Below are positions 36,263-50,156 of a stretch of DNA of 64,000 nt, piece after piece; within the stretch, counting starts at the first letter, position 1, and each line of letters begins with the position of its first letter. The position numbers and the translations under genes were made by a program. This stretch comes from Callorhinchus milii (Eukaryota). The notes under the pieces were generated by a model. The model saw only the letters and a list, made by a program, of their open reading frames with translations. It was not told where the DNA came from and ran no database searches. Location of the stretch: contig NW_024704742.1 in the NCBI RefSeq assembly GCF_018977255.1, positions 116,872,001 through 116,936,000 of the forward strand, given 5' to 3'.

Positions 36263-37348
36263 GTGAGTTTTTTTCAATTAAAATTTTCAAAATAACATAT
36301 TTTGAAGTTATCTCACCAGCATTTTTGCAGACAGGTGCTTCACTAATACAGTATCAAAACTTATAAATGGTGGAATGTAGCCTATATTCTAAGAACCTCG
36401 ACCCATTTGAAACATTTCTATCGCAGTTTTTTCTAGGGAAATGTGAGAACAACACCCACCCATCAATCAAGCCTGCATGGTGCTTCCGAGTTATATTTTT
36501 CAGGGAGTTGTTTTTTTGGAGGAGTTGATTCTTGTACTGTGTGAGTTTTGATACGGAGTCTAGAATAATGAGTCTTATATACTATGAGAGAGACTGAGAT
36601 ACTATTGGAGGGTCTGGTGTCTAATACCTGGACTGATACCTGGAAGACTGTTTGTGGAACACTGCTGTGTGCAATTGGCTGCCACGTTTTGCCTACAAAA
36701 TATACAGTATATTCTGTGAAGTCCTTTGAGGTGTCTTGAAGACATGATAAGGCTCCATGTCAAATGCAAGGATTATTATTAAGGATCATTATTATGAGCC
36801 AGAGTATGACAACAATACTATATGCACTTGTGCTGACCGAGGCCCTGCACCTCACCCCTGTGGTGATCCGGGAAGAGTGTCAGGTCACCGCTCCACCTCT
36901 CCCTTGACTGCACAGTGGTTGGACTACTGAGAGAGCGGTAGGATGGGACTCACTCAATGTCAGCGAGAGGTTAGGAAATTAAACTAAGCTAGCCTTCGCC
37001 TCTACTACCACCCTAGAGTCAGTGGCAGCCTATGAGAAATTGGAGAGGGCAGTGATTTTACAGGAGAGGGGAGAATGTGCGAGTATGGAAGGTGTGAGAA
37101 AGTGAGTTAGCAAAGGAAAGAAGAGTATGAAAGGTTTGGGGAAGAGAGGAGTATAAATGGTGTGGAAAGGGGGAGGAAGAGAGTGCTCCCAATTGCTCAA
37201 ACTGGAACAGGCCAATTCCCAGGAGTTGTTCTTTTTTTAAAAAAAGCCCAATTCTCTCAATTGTTTGAATACCAAATTAAATTCTTATGAATAGGTTATT
37301 CACCTGTGCGTGAAGGAACAATAGTACATGTCAATATTCTTTTCTTAG

Positions 37349-37400
37349 GTCTGTCGGGATTTGAGAAACCATCTTCAAACTCTATGACTCGAATAAAAAG
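37349..37400 (+). CDS. POLK: POLK coding exon 13
   Basis: (G)LSGFEKPSSNSMTRIK(R); acceptor TTTCTTAG|, donor |GTGAGA; phase 1-2 bridges the neighbouring exons exactly. Confidence 0.85.
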
Positions 37401-37834
37401 GTGAGAAAACCCACTGTCTGTCTTTATTGATCATTTGTTCTTAAAAATCATGTAAATGTATTATAGATCTAAAATATATGTCAAGGCTGGAAATATACTT
37501 CAGATAAACAGCATCTCAAGGAGAAAGATAGATTAACATTTGGGTGTAAAGATCACAACATTAACCCATTGTTTTCTTTCAAGTGTGTTTGATCTGCTGA
37601 GCATTTGTAGAATTTTCTGATTTTATAATCTAGCCATAGTTTATGTGCCTTTAGTCGAGCTATATATTGGTATTTATCATTTTTGTTGAACATGGATAAT
37701 TTGGATAAATGCAATCTCAAAACATTTTGGCAGAACTCCAGCATCTTTTTTTTAATGCAAAAGATGTATGGGTTTTGTGGGGCATTTTTTGTGTATTTGG
37801 TTCTTGTGCTAGTTAATAAACTTGTTCAAGTTTA

Positions 37835-39005
37835 TTTGACACAGTACCACATAAGATATTAATAAAAAAATTAGAGGCCCATGGTATTAAGGGGGGACTG
37901 TGGCAGTTTGGATTAAGAACTGCTGAGTGACAGAAAGCAGAGGGTGGTGGTTAATGGGTGTTTCTCGAAATGGAAGGAGGTGTGCAGCGGTGTCCCCCAG
38001 GGATTGGTATTGGGACCACTGCTCTTTCTAATGTATATTAATGATCTGGATTTGGGCATAGGGAGCACCCATTTCCAAGTTTGCAAATGATACAAAGTTA
38101 GGAAGAGTAGTAAATAGTGAGGAGGACTGTAACCAACTGCAAGCAGACATATACAAAATGGTGGAATGGGCTGACATGTGGCAGATGGATTTCAATGTGG
38201 ATAAGTGTGAGGTGATACACTTAGGAAAAATGATAGGCGGCAATATAGACTTGGTAGCTCAATCTTAAGGGGGGTGAATGTACAGAGAGATCTGGGCGTT
38301 CAAGTAAGCGAATCATTAAAGGTAGCGGGACAGGTAGATAAGGCAGTAAAAAAGGCATTTGGTGTACTGAACTTTATTAGTAGGGGCATAGAGTATAAAA
38401 GTAGGGAGCTTATGGTTAATCTGTACAAAACACTGGTTAGGCCTCAGCTGGAGTACTGCGTCCAGTTCTGGGCATCTTACTTCAGGAAGGACATTAAGGC
38501 ACTAGAAAGGGTGCAAAGGAGATTCACGAGAATGATACCAGGAATGGGGAACCTTAGCTATGAGGACAGGCTGGAGAAGTTAGGACTTTTCCCATTAGAG
38601 CAGAGAAGGTTACGCAGGGACCTGATAGAGGTCTTCAAGATCATGAAAGGTTTCGACAGGCTAGATAAGGAAAAGCTGTTTCCGCTGGTAGGTGTGTCTG
38701 TGACCTGTGGTCACAGTCTTAAGATATCTACCAAAAGAAGCAGAGGGAAGGTTAGAAGAATTTTTTTCACTCAGCGAGTTGTTCGAATTTGTAATGATCT
38801 GCCTGAAAGGGTAGTGAAGTCCGATTCGATAACAGCTTTTAAGAGAGAACTGGATAGGTATCTGGAGAAGACGGATTTGCAGGGTTATGGGGAGAAAGCT
38901 GGTGATTGGGGTTAGTGAAAGTGACTTGCTCTGTCAAAGAGCCGGCACAGACTCGATGGGCCGAATGGCCTCCTTCTGTGCCGTAACATTCTATGAATCT
39001 ATGAA
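37835..39005 (+). mobile_element. 5'-truncated CR1 LINE (RT domain to 3' end)
   Basis: [26 protein letters not shown] and KFANDTKL (frameshifted); ORF 38274-38915 contains LYKTLVRPQLEYCVQFW; CR1 3' hairpin and ATTCTATG/AATCTATG octamer end. Confidence 0.93.
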
Positions 39006-39069
39006 TAACTACCTTCTAGGTGGGATTCCTCTCAAGATAGTTAACAAGAAAGGAAATGCAAAGATGGTA

Positions 39070-39620
39070 TAGTACATTGATCACATCCTTAGAATCAAAT
39101 CAGCATGAGGCAGCCACTACCTGGGCTAACTGAGTGCTGGGATGCATAGCACCAGCAATAGATTATGAATCTGATTCTATTTTTAAATTATACCATGGAC
39201 TCACATATCCACAGATGAAGAGGAACTGGAGAAGCTGCAAGGAAAGGGCCATCAGAGTGAAACTATCTCTTATAGGACAACTCTACAATCAGAGGCTCAA
39301 GGAATTGGGCTTATTTACAGGTTGGGCCGATCGTGGAGGTGACATAATGGCAGACGACAAAGTCTTGCAGTGAACACGTGTTATAGCACTGGAGATCGTG
39401 CTTTCAAACTGGGGAAAATCACTTCAGGCTGGACATGAGGCAGCACGTCTTTGTGCAGAGATGGGGAAATCTGGAACAACCTCCCATGATACATTGTTTG
39501 CCAAATAGCATCTGTTCCTTTGAGTTGAAATCTAGACAGATTTCTTAAAGAAGAGAGGCTACAGACTGGAAATCCAATCTTTCCTTTGACGGCATTAGTG
39601 GTCTAACAGGCTATCGGGAT
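39070..39620 (+). mobile_element. Older decayed CR1 fragment
   Basis: Degenerate similarity to the CR1 ORF2 end (RLKELGLF-like). Confidence 0.55.
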
Positions 39621-40401
39621 ATTAAGCACCAAGTGGCCAGTACCAGAAAAGAAATGTAGGTGAATAAATAATTTTGCTGCGCTCCAAATGCAGGCTATTT
39701 TCTTTTCTCTATATGGTTAGCATGCAATCTGTTCCTAACTCCTAGCACTACACTGGAAACTAGACAAGAAAAACAAAAGTTGATTCACTCGGATTTTTAT
39801 ATCTTTCCTCCCACCTTCTACAGTCTTTGGCTCTTGAATTCACCAAAGAGAAATTTTTAAAAAGACTATTCTTGGCTCCATGGGGTTAGGCCCTGGCCTT
39901 TGCAGGATTAAGGAGGGGGAAAACCAGCCAAGGGTACCTGCTCCTGGCCCTAATACAGCGCCTTTTACTGGTGGCATATTTGTGTGGCAATGGGTGAGGA
40001 GAGGTCATGCTTGACTATAACACAGTCTATAGTCGAGTTGCTTTCCGACAGTTACCTTGCCTTCCAGTATGAGGTATAATAGGCGTATGCTGATGGAGAG
40101 ACCAAGTAGAAAAACAATTTGATTTCGTTCACATGCCATTTGTGTCATTACACATTTTAATGATTGAGACCAGCTTGTGTATGTTGGCTTCAAAATCAAC
40201 AGTGATGTTTTATGCAATGCAGTTCATGGTATTTTGATGATCAACTCCATATTTTAATCATACCATTCTTATATTCTGCAAAATTTACACCTGTTATTAT
40301 ATAGGTATCCAAATATAATATTAATGAGGAACATCTGTCTACTTAATCTTCACTGCTTTCATTACTTGGAAATACATTTATTTGTTTTACATTGTTTTCA
40401 G

Positions 40402-40486
40402 GATGGGATCATCAGCTCAGAAACCAGCATCGAAAAAAGCAAGATTCAACAATTCTAAGCTTACTATCGACAATTTTTTTAAATAG
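40402..40486 (+). CDS. POLK: POLK last coding exon (NLS-like basic patch and C-terminal PIP box)
   Basis: (R)MGSSAQKPASKKARFNNSKLTIDNFFK*, matching the POLK C-terminus pattern K-x-T-[LI]-D-x-F-F-K; acceptor TTTTCAG|; stop TAG at 40484-40486. Confidence 0.93.
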
Positions 40487-41930
40487 AATTAAGTTTGAAA
40501 ACATTGTGTACTGGAATAAAGAATTTTGGAAAATCTCTGAATTTCAGGGTTGCAGAAACATACAGCATAGCATTTGTTGTAAAGCACTTTCCTTTTTTAT
40601 ATTTAATATTGGTATGTTCTACTCAATTATGATTTTGTCAGTTATACAGCTGTCTGGATCTCTTAAAAGGTATATTTTAGATTTAATGTTGTAAATTAAT
40701 TACTGGTAATGGATATAAATTATTTTTAATACATTTGATATAGCAGGAACCATGATGTAATTTTCCAGGAACAGTGCCCAGTTCTGAAATCAATAAATTA
40801 TTGTAGAGTACTTAATCACAATAAAAGATCTAAACCTGATGCTTTAATTTCTAGGACTATACAGGGGAACCTTGTTAGAAGTTAAACCTCCAAGTCTAAT
40901 GTAAGCTAAAAACAATGGCCAACTTCTAGGTCATTAAGTTGTCGCTGATGTTACTTGCTGTGGGGGGGTTTATTTCAATGCACACTGTACATGTGCACCA
41001 CTGTCAGCAGCACTGCTCTGCACGGCGCACAGGTCAGAACACTGATTGACCAGCGCCTTGGGATATCCTCCCGACGTGAAAGGCACTATACAAATGTAAT
41101 TCTGTTGTCTCATCAGCACCACTTCCATGCAGGAAGGGATGTCAGTGGCAACTTGATGACAAAGAAGTTAGCCTTTTTTAAAGCCAATGCAGGAAGTTAG
41201 CTAGTCAGCGGTTGGGTGTACCACACTTATGGTTTCACAGAACACTGGACTATACTAGGGGTTTGCCATTACAGGATTCCCCTGGGAAACAGTTATTTTT
41301 TTAATATACATTTGTACAGGAGATTTACCTGCCTGAGGTGTACCTGTCTTAATTTAGGGAAATACTTGTACAGTTGTAAGCAGCTGTTATATTATTCTGA
41401 AACAAAACTATCTTTCTGGTGGGGGAGTGGGACCAGAAAAAGGTTATGATTCAGTGGGACCAGAAAAAGCTCACTGTGGAGCTTTTTCTGGTCCCACTCA
41501 ATGGTCCAACCATTATATGTTTATCTATGTTGATGAATCCTTCGTCAATTTGCTTTTAACTGGTCCATTTATTATTTAATCTTCTTTATATATGTCATCT
41601 GGCAAGATAGCACAACCTCATAAGAAAATGTTCTACTGAGTAACTGCCAAATCATAATAAATAATGTGAACACTTGTCCAAAGGATTTGACAAAGATAAT
41701 TATATAATTTTGCTAACATTTTCAATGTTTGCCAGCTGCTGATGTAATGAATTACTACATTGGTACCCAATAACTTTGCATGTTACCTTTTCTTATATCA
41801 CATATAGTCAGTTAATGTAACTGTTACATTATATTTATACTCTGACATTGTATTCGAAAGTTTATGCGACATGTTGATATGCAGAAAATGCTATACTATG
41901 CACGTGGTTTTAAAATAAAAGCCTTTTTGA
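40487..41930 (+). other. POLK: POLK 3' UTR with candidate polyadenylation signals
   Basis: AT-rich; AATAAA at 40515, 40792, about 40820 and about 41914. The site actually used is unknown. Confidence 0.45.
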
Positions 41931-42639
41931 AATTTAAGTAGTAAACAATAACTTCTTGCAATTAATATTGTATAGTGCCTTTCATGTTTGATGTTTCAAA
42001 GAACTTCATGGAGATGGAGAGGGAGCCTGAGCAGGAAGGGAGATAAGGGGGTAGAGGTAAGAGGGAAATGATTGGAGGTGCAATCAAAGAATGAGAATTT
42101 TAAAAGGATGGATGAATCTGCAAAATAAGCAGTAACCTCAGGAAGCTTGATACACACTTATTTCATTGATGAGTCAACGGAGCACAATGTTGTGTATATA
42201 ATGTCAACTGAAAGCATTTTTCCACTGTCTTGTAATGATGAATAACAGTTTAATTAGTTGCGTAGATTATAGATACCTATGGGTGCACACAGAGAGGAAC
42301 AAGTAGTTTGTAATTTGTTATTCATTGCAGAGGCTGACTTGAGCTGCAGCCTATGAATAGAAAGCAGGTCATATCTTCCTGGAAAAATGTTATTTTTTTT
42401 CCATATTATTACTGATATTATTCCACTCAGCCTACTATTACTTGGTTCTCTGAGAGATGCAATTGTTTCTGTGCTGCAGAGGTCAGGGAGGAATGCAAAG
42501 CAATACGAGACATTATTTTGCATGACGGGTGCTATACAAAACCAAGTTGTTTTCTGAAGGAATGTAGATGTTGAATCTCAACCTATGGGCACCTCAATAA
42601 TAAGGGCAAATGATTAAACCACATTTTACTCTCATAATC

Positions 42640-42965
42640 CTTGTCTTTGATCTTGCTATAGCACCTTTTATTGTGGAGACATCCATTTGATGTAGCACCT
42701 TATTACATCTACAAGCCATATCAAAACACTTCACAGGATATACTGTAAAGTGGACTGACTATTTTGTGGGTGAACGCAGGCACTAGTTTGCGCACAGCAA
42801 TGTTCCACAAACAGCCATGAGTGGGTGACCAATTTTATTTGGGGGAATGTTGGCCAGGACACTGGAAGGAACTACCTTTTCGAAGAATACCATGGGATCT
42901 TTAATGTCCACCTGAACAAGCAGACGGGACCTCGATTTAACATCTCATCTGAAGGACGGCACCTC
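42640..42965 (-). mobile_element. Deu-domain SINE
   Basis: CATGGGATCTTTAATGTCCACCTGAACAAGCAGACGGGACCTCGATTTAACATCTCATCTGAAGGACGGCACC is the reverse of the Deu core. Confidence 0.75.
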
Positions 42966-43898
42966 TTACAATCCAATGCACACTGTAAAGCAGTGACTGT
43001 GTATTTTGCAAAACCATGATATCCAAATTCAATAATAAGGACTAATATTGTAAAATAAATCAGTTTTGACCTTTCTTAATAGCAACTTTCTACCATAGAT
43101 GATGAATAGTCTAATTTTTTTATTGAATATCTTTGGGGTCAGGGAGTTTATGCAATATTGTGGAGATGAAAATAACGAGTGAAGACAATAGTAAGATAGG
43201 TTTTATGTTTTTAGAAGTTGTATTGATGGGATGAATAACCTTTTCTTCTTCCATATTTAATTATGTCTAACCTATTCAACAAAAAAATTCCTTTTTAGTG
43301 AACACTGCTACCTTCTACTTTGAATACCGTTAAAGTTATTGCTAAATTCAACTCTGTCAAGCACAGTAGTGTTAGGAACTAACTTCCTTTTTAAAACCCC
43401 CCACCAGATCTCTGACCGAGCTTCTTCCTGCAAACTGGTGCTCGACATCCCCCAGCCTTACTTCTGTAACTTTTTACTTGGATTCTGATATGATGGATGT
43501 TGGTTGTTCATTGCCTATGTGTTAGATAAGCTAGGGTTCTTCAATCTTGAAATATGTCTCAGAATGTACTGTATAGACATATATGAGATTTAAAAAGGGA
43601 TTGAGAAAATAATTTTGTTTGTTTATTTAGTCAGCCGGGTGTCTGACACATGCGGAAACTATCACCATTCTTAAGAGTATCCAAACCATACTGAGAATTC
43701 CATGCATCCCACCTAAACATGGAAAATCCAGAGATAGATTGATGGAATGGAATGCGCACTCTCCCTGGATGCATCATGCTTAGCCAATTCCGGGAAGGAT
43801 TATGTGTAGTTTGGCAAGAGCCAAGGCTTAGGGGCCCCAGAGTGTGCGTTGGGGTACTTAAATAAAATCAGAACAGTATCTGATGCACTGAAACAGCA

Positions 43899-43977
43899 GA
43901 ACAAAAGGTTTTGGTTTGCAAAGGGAACAAAAGGTTTCAGTTTGCAAAGGGAACAAAAGGTTTCAGTTTGCAAAGGG
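43899..43977 (+). repeat. 26-bp tandem repeat x3
   Basis: GAACAAAAGGTTTCAGTTTGCAAAGG starting at 43899, 43925 and 43951 (first copy has 2 mismatches). Confidence 0.9.
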
Positions 43978-44777
43978 TAAAGTAGTTGAGAGGAACTACT
44001 TTATGCAGATGATAATCAATGACTGGAACAGGAGCCAGACACTGCAATCATTAAATAAAACATCTTGATATTGTGATGGGAAGACAGGTAGAGTGGGTTT
44101 TCTGGAAGGTTCAGATCAGATGGGAAGTAGGGTCCCTCTCCTGATATTGTGAGGTCTCCCAATATAAAACAATCTTGCCATCGCTCATCAGGATCTTTAT
44201 AGCTATTGAAAACTAAATGAAATATTATGATAAATGTAAATGAAAATTCACATTAAAGGTGAAGGCATGTATGCCTGTTAAACCTCTGATAGTTCAAGAA
44301 CATATCAGTGATTTGTGATTACCACTGGGTGACTTTCAGCTTTTACTAAAAACTGGGTTGAGAATATTCCCTTGGTTCCTGAATCATGGTCAGATAGTTT
44401 TGAGTACTCTTGAACTACAGTTAACAGTTGGAGATCTAATAGAGAGAACTACTGTGGAATAGCCCCGGTGACTGGAAGGCCTCCCCTTGCAAGTTTAGAA
44501 AGAAAAGCCGCACCCACGACAATAAATCATTTCTTCTGCGCTTCACAACCTAGTCTAACAGGTTTCACAGTTGACGTAAATTGAGGTGAGGATGCAATCT
44601 GAACTGAAGGTCTGAGGAGTGGCAGAGTTACAGGCAGGCACAATCCAGCACTGAGGGATCTAACTCAAAATCTGAACAAGTTTCTTTTATTTAAAATATA
44701 AGAGCTACCTCAAAAACTAGATTTCTTAAACTGCAGGCTGTTTGGATTGTGTGATCTTATAAAGTGCGATTGAAAAT

Positions 44778-44844
44778 ATGGACGAACTGACTAAAGCTTT
44801 CACCAAAGTCTCCAACAAGGATGAATCGTCCCATATGGAGATTC
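44778..44844 (+). CDS. ANKDD1B: Ankyrin repeat and death domain-containing protein 1B, coding exon 1
   Basis: AATATGG Kozak context with an in-frame TAA upstream (44760). MDELTKAFTKVSNKDESSHMEI plus 1 nt; donor |GTAAGT. Phase 1 joins the next exon to give MEILLPIE. Confidence 0.75.
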
Positions 44845-47800
44845 GTAAGTAGAGATACATCCGAGTACTACAAAAAAAAGATACACAAGACTGGCTGAAG
44901 TGTTGAATTACAATAGGCAGGGAATGTGAGTTAAGATAGTTGAAACAATCACTTTAAGCTATAACTAGGTTGATCTAAAATGCACACACACTGTACATAT
45001 TTGTTTTTCACAGATCACTTTGAATAATGCTGAGCTTTCTAAACTGAAGGCTAGTTTGATCAGTCACACAACTTTTTTGATTAATTCTTGTTTTTGATAT
45101 GTTTTTGTATTTTGTATGTTACACTCAGTTACACTCAGTCAATTCACTTTACAATATATTCTGTGAAGCGCTTTGGGATGTCTCGAAGATGTGATAAGGT
45201 ATATCAAATTCAAAGATTATTATTAATATCATACTTATTTTCTTACTATTTTTATTAAATTTGTGTTGCAGTTTGATTTGGGAGTCAGAGCAAGGTTAAT
45301 TTGTTGTATTTCATAACTGTTGATTTGTAGATGTAGCATTCCTCCCAAACTGATCAATTAAGCCAGAGTCACCCAGCCACCTATAGCAATAGAGACCTTC
45401 CTGCCAGCTTGGAAGGACACTCACCAAATTAGAGGTTTTTTTTTCATGGATTTGCAATCTTGTTTTCCAAAGCTCAGAAATTTTTTAACATTAACGGAAA
45501 TAACTCAGGCAATAGAGAGGGTGCTTTTACTCTGTTTCAATAATACTCTATTTGCACATCAGCATATGCGTTGTATCTAATAAATTAAATAAAGGGAATA
45601 TCAAGATGTAAACCCTGGCCCAGTCCTACAATTTGAATGCCAGAATCACAGTACGGTTTTAGGGATGTTGTAGAAAGAAGATTGAAAGCTCACCAAGGAC
45701 GTATTGAAATCAGACCCGGTGTACTGCCTCCTGACTGGATCCAAACATGAGTAGCTCTACACCACAGCCATATGGGCATCCCATTGAACAATGGCAGCGC
45801 CCTGTGATTGGCCTCAAGGCCTTGGGATCTGGTCTGCCAATTTGAGGTGGACTGCGGCCATCCTCAGCAGATCTTAGAAATAAATATCAAAAATGGTTAT
45901 CAAAAATATTATTTATCAAAATAAGCTGCTCTAGGGGCTACAGTTTACAATACTACCCCCCATCACTTCAAAATGAAGTCAAAGATAGCAGCAATCTTGT
46001 CTGGAAGAAGAATCCACCAGTTTATTTTCACCAGCAGGAATTAAGACAAAAAATGCTTAAAATATTGCAAAATGTAGCCAATATTCATGGTGACTACTCT
46101 TGCTGTAAACTATAACTTCAAAATGTGCCTAGGAAGACTACAATAATAAGAGTGGAGTAATTGAATATTTAACTGCCAATACATTTTTTAACTGGCATCA
46201 TAAATCATGTTTGTTCATCCAATAGTAAATGTCAAATAAAGTAGAAAATGGTTGAAGTGGTGAATAAGTATCTGAAAGAGAAAAACAGTTCAATGTTTTG
46301 GATGCGATCCTTTAGCAAAAGTGACTGGTTAACTAGCTGTACATTTCTAGCCTTCTTGTTTTCATTTTTCTCTGAGTAAACATCAATTTTGTTTTATACA
46401 TAGATGACATTGTGGTTCAGAAATGAAGCAGTCTGCACCATTATACTGTAATGTCTAATGCACTGAGCCATTCTCCCAGTAATTCTTTGAGAGCTTTCCA
46501 TGGTGTCACTTCATAAATGATCCAGGTTTTCAAAAGTTAAAGTTTACACTAATGGCTACGATTCAGAATAAAGGCTATAGCTTTGCTGAGGGCATGAAAT
46601 GTACATGCACAGATAGTCTATGTAGATTTTGTGTTGGTTTATATCACTGAGAGAAAGAAAAAAACTGGGCTTAACTCATTTCCCTTCTCATTCATTCACA
46701 TGTTCCTTAGATCTTAATGCTGAATGCTACACTTGCTATGGTTAAATATTTTGTAGAATGTTGTATCTAGGATTATTATTAACTATGGCAAAATAAGTAT
46801 TAAATACATAGTGATGAGAGCACTTGCCTTGAAAACGAGAGGACCCGGGTTTGATTCCCAGGTAGGGCGAAACCTTAGGCAAGTTCCCTTACTCCACCAA
46901 GCAGTAAGTGAGAACGCTTGTAAGTGGATTGTTTTCTGTGGGTAATAATCTCTCTAAGATAAAAAAAATTTGGTCACTCAATCCACGACTGTTTGTGGGA
47001 CACTGCAGTGTGCAATTGGCTTCCATGTTTCACTCACAAAATACACAGTCAATCCACTTTACAATATATTCTGTGAAGCACATTGAGACGTTTCAATAAA
47101 GTGATAGGGTGCCATATGAAATGCAAATATTATTATTATATTTTTCCATCAGGTGCAAACAACAACACCAAAATTACATTTGTAATTTGCCTTTCACGTC
47201 AGGAAGCTGTCCAAGGCGCTGACATAATTAAAATAGAAATTTCCACTTTACACGTCTTGCATCAGTCAGTTCTGTGTCCCATGGCTGCCTTTAGTTCTCG
47301 TCCTGTTCTGCAATATTCAGCAGTTCCTAGTTTATCAGAATATAATTTTCAAAAACATGCTTTTTTGACAGTCCTGTCACTGCTCCAGTTATTCACAGTG
47401 CTGGCTTGTTTGTGTGCTGCATGATTTGAGCCTGTTTTCACGAAAGCTTGAGTGTTCATGTTTTGCATGGATTCCATCCACCCTGAGGAGATTTAAAAGC
47501 AGATCTGCTCCATTCATTTAAGAAAATGGAAGCTCCTCTCATCCCATCAGTCCCAATTCAAATCTGTCACAGCCTACAAAACCCCTACAAAACATAGATT
47601 TCAGTCCATCCACTTTATCTTCTGCATGGAAGTATTATAAATAAGTATTTCCTGAACTTCAAAGATTCAAGCAATATATTTTAAAATATTAACTCAAAAA
47701 TATTCATCCTTCCCCTCATCACCACTAGTCAACCCTGGTCTTCCCTCCACTTTCAACACCATAAGATGAGCCTTGCGTTGTTACATGCCCTGTACTGAAA

Positions 47801-50052
47801 TATTGAAATGTCTCAGAGCAATTCATGGATTTGCTGTAAAGTGCACTGCTCATGTATGTATTGGCAAATACAGCAATCAACTCACACAAGATCCTAAGAG
47901 GATAAGGATGAATAAGGTAATTTGGCCCATTTGATCTCATTCTTCAAAAAAAAATCCTACCATTACAGCCTTAAGCATTTTCTTAAAAAAATCTGGTCTC
48001 TACCTCCACTCCTAACATAGTAACTCAAAGTTACTCTAATTCACTCAAATACTGTGGAGCAGTTGTTCATCTTAGTCCCCCATATTTGGTACTGATAGCA
48101 CTGTACAGTCTTTTCTCCTTTCATTGTTTGCATGGCTATGACTAATATCTCTGCAGTTGGCAACGTTGACATTGAGATGCAGAAGTGCTGGGCAGGACTT
48201 TCTTGAAGAATACAAAATCAAAAGGTAGTGCAGGTGGAGCCCCATGAGGAATCCATCAGAGTGTGATTACACTGGCGTTTGTTTCCACATTTGTCCAACT
48301 CTCCTAAGGAGGGGCAATGAGGCAGCTTGAGCCAATTATTCCTGTACGCTTCACAGCAATCATTTCCTTGTAGATGTTTGGGGAAGGATGAAAATAGTAT
48401 AAACTACTGTTAAAAAATATGACAACCTAACCGAATGTTACTTGCTGCTAAAGTTGGGGTTAAGTAGTAACCAATGTTTCCTTTGTTTCCTATTTATGAA
48501 ATTGATAAAAAATAACTTATAGCACCATCAGAGGACAACATTTTCCTTGTTCGTGCTCTTATCAACCACTCTCTGATGATTTGGAATGTAACTAATAACC
48601 ATGTTTATATCCAGAAATCACTGAAGCCCCCTAACCAGCAAAGGATTACATTGAAATGTATCCTCTTCTAATCATTTGGGTGTGTGACATTCACAATGAA
48701 TGTGGAGAAAGCTTAAGTGTTGTATCCTTAATCAGCCCATTACCTTTTATTATTGATAAACTTGTGTGGAAGCCCAGTAATGTGTTCAAGTTGATGAGGT
48801 AACTTTCCTAATTGAGTGCTGCATTGTAGAGACTATTTATTCTGTGCTTCTAACACTTGGGAAGACAAGACTAATACTCAAGAGTCTAACAATGAAGTAC
48901 CTTTTCTATACCGTGTTCTGAATCAATCCATCTGAATATACTGATTGTTTTTTGTGCATCTAAATGTCAATGCTGCAGATACGTAATCATAACCATCCGA
49001 ATCAATGAAACAGAAAACACATGAACAGAACTCTAGACAGTAAATTATGGTAAAGTTGATAATCTAGAAGAATGAGATCAAAGAGGGCAGATAGGCCTTC
49101 TTTTTCCAAAGCTTTCTTGTGATTTTGTGAGCACCTGTCCAAACAGCTGGGAAGTTGATTCCTTTTTCCAAGCCAACTGAGCATTTGTTTGTGAATCTAA
49201 CTAATAATGAGGCACATTATGTTCACTTCAGCTAAATGGAAGATGGTCTGTGGTTGAATAATAATGATTCATTTCTTCAGATATATTGAGGTTGGAAGAG
49301 AAAGAGTGCTTCTTAGGAAAGTGGTAGAGTTACTGGCAGTTCACTGCTGGAAAATTCATCTCACAACATAAAATGTGTTTGCTTCAGTTACACCAATGAA
49401 CAAGAGCTTGGCTTCAGTAATTGTATTGCTTTCCTGTTTGGGCACAATCCATTTCCATTTGAGGTTCAATTAATGCTGCTCATAAAGAGAAATGGGCTAC
49501 AATGGAGGAGAAGGGAGGGATTTCCATAGCTGTAAATTGAACAGTGGATTAAAACTGTGGGTTAATTGGTCACACTCTGCACGGCTATTTGTGGAATCTT
49601 GCTGCTCAAATAGCTGCAGCATTAGCTACGATATATAGAATAATCATGTGGAAAACACTTAGAGACAGTGATAAGATGCTATAAAAAAGTTATTTTTCCT
49701 TCTAAAGAAAAATGCAGAAAAATATGAACACATTATAAACCACACATTGAAAACTATAGCTGTTCAAATTTGTTTCTGCCATTTGTTCTTAAGTGCAATT
49801 GCAAATAAATATAAGATAATGAATAATAAACTTGTGCAGAAGTGCACAATTTTTGTACTGCCACTTTCATTTGCTGCTTTGCCATTTGCTGGTCAGATGA
49901 TTTAATAATAATAATAATCCTTGCATTTGATATAGTGCCTTATCACATCTTCTAGACGTCTCAAAGCACTTCACAGAATATACTGTAAAGTGAATTGATT
50001 TATTTGGTAAAAAGGAAGACCTTGACAGTTTCTAATGATTTTTATACTGCAG

Positions 50053-50156
50053 TTCTACCAATAGAGAAGGAGTTCCATAAAGCTGCTAAAAATAATGACG
50101 TGGATACGATGAATCATTTTTTATCTCAAAACATCCAGATTAATGCTAAAACTGAA
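50053..50156 (+). CDS. ANKDD1B: ANKDD1B exon 2
   Basis: (L)LPIEKEFHKAAKNNDVDTMNHFLSQNIQINAKTE, an ANKDD1-type first ankyrin repeat; acceptor CTGCAG|, donor |GTAAGT. Confidence 0.88.

Noticed and set aside
35005..36366. 453-aa ORF as a standalone gene
   Set aside because: It is the large POLK exon plus intronic overhangs.
38274..38915. 213-aa ORF as a separate host gene
   Set aside because: C-terminal part of a truncated, frameshifted CR1 ORF2.
43899..43977. 26-bp repeats as a CRISPR-like array
   Set aside because: No spacers, eukaryotic context; a simple tandem duplication.
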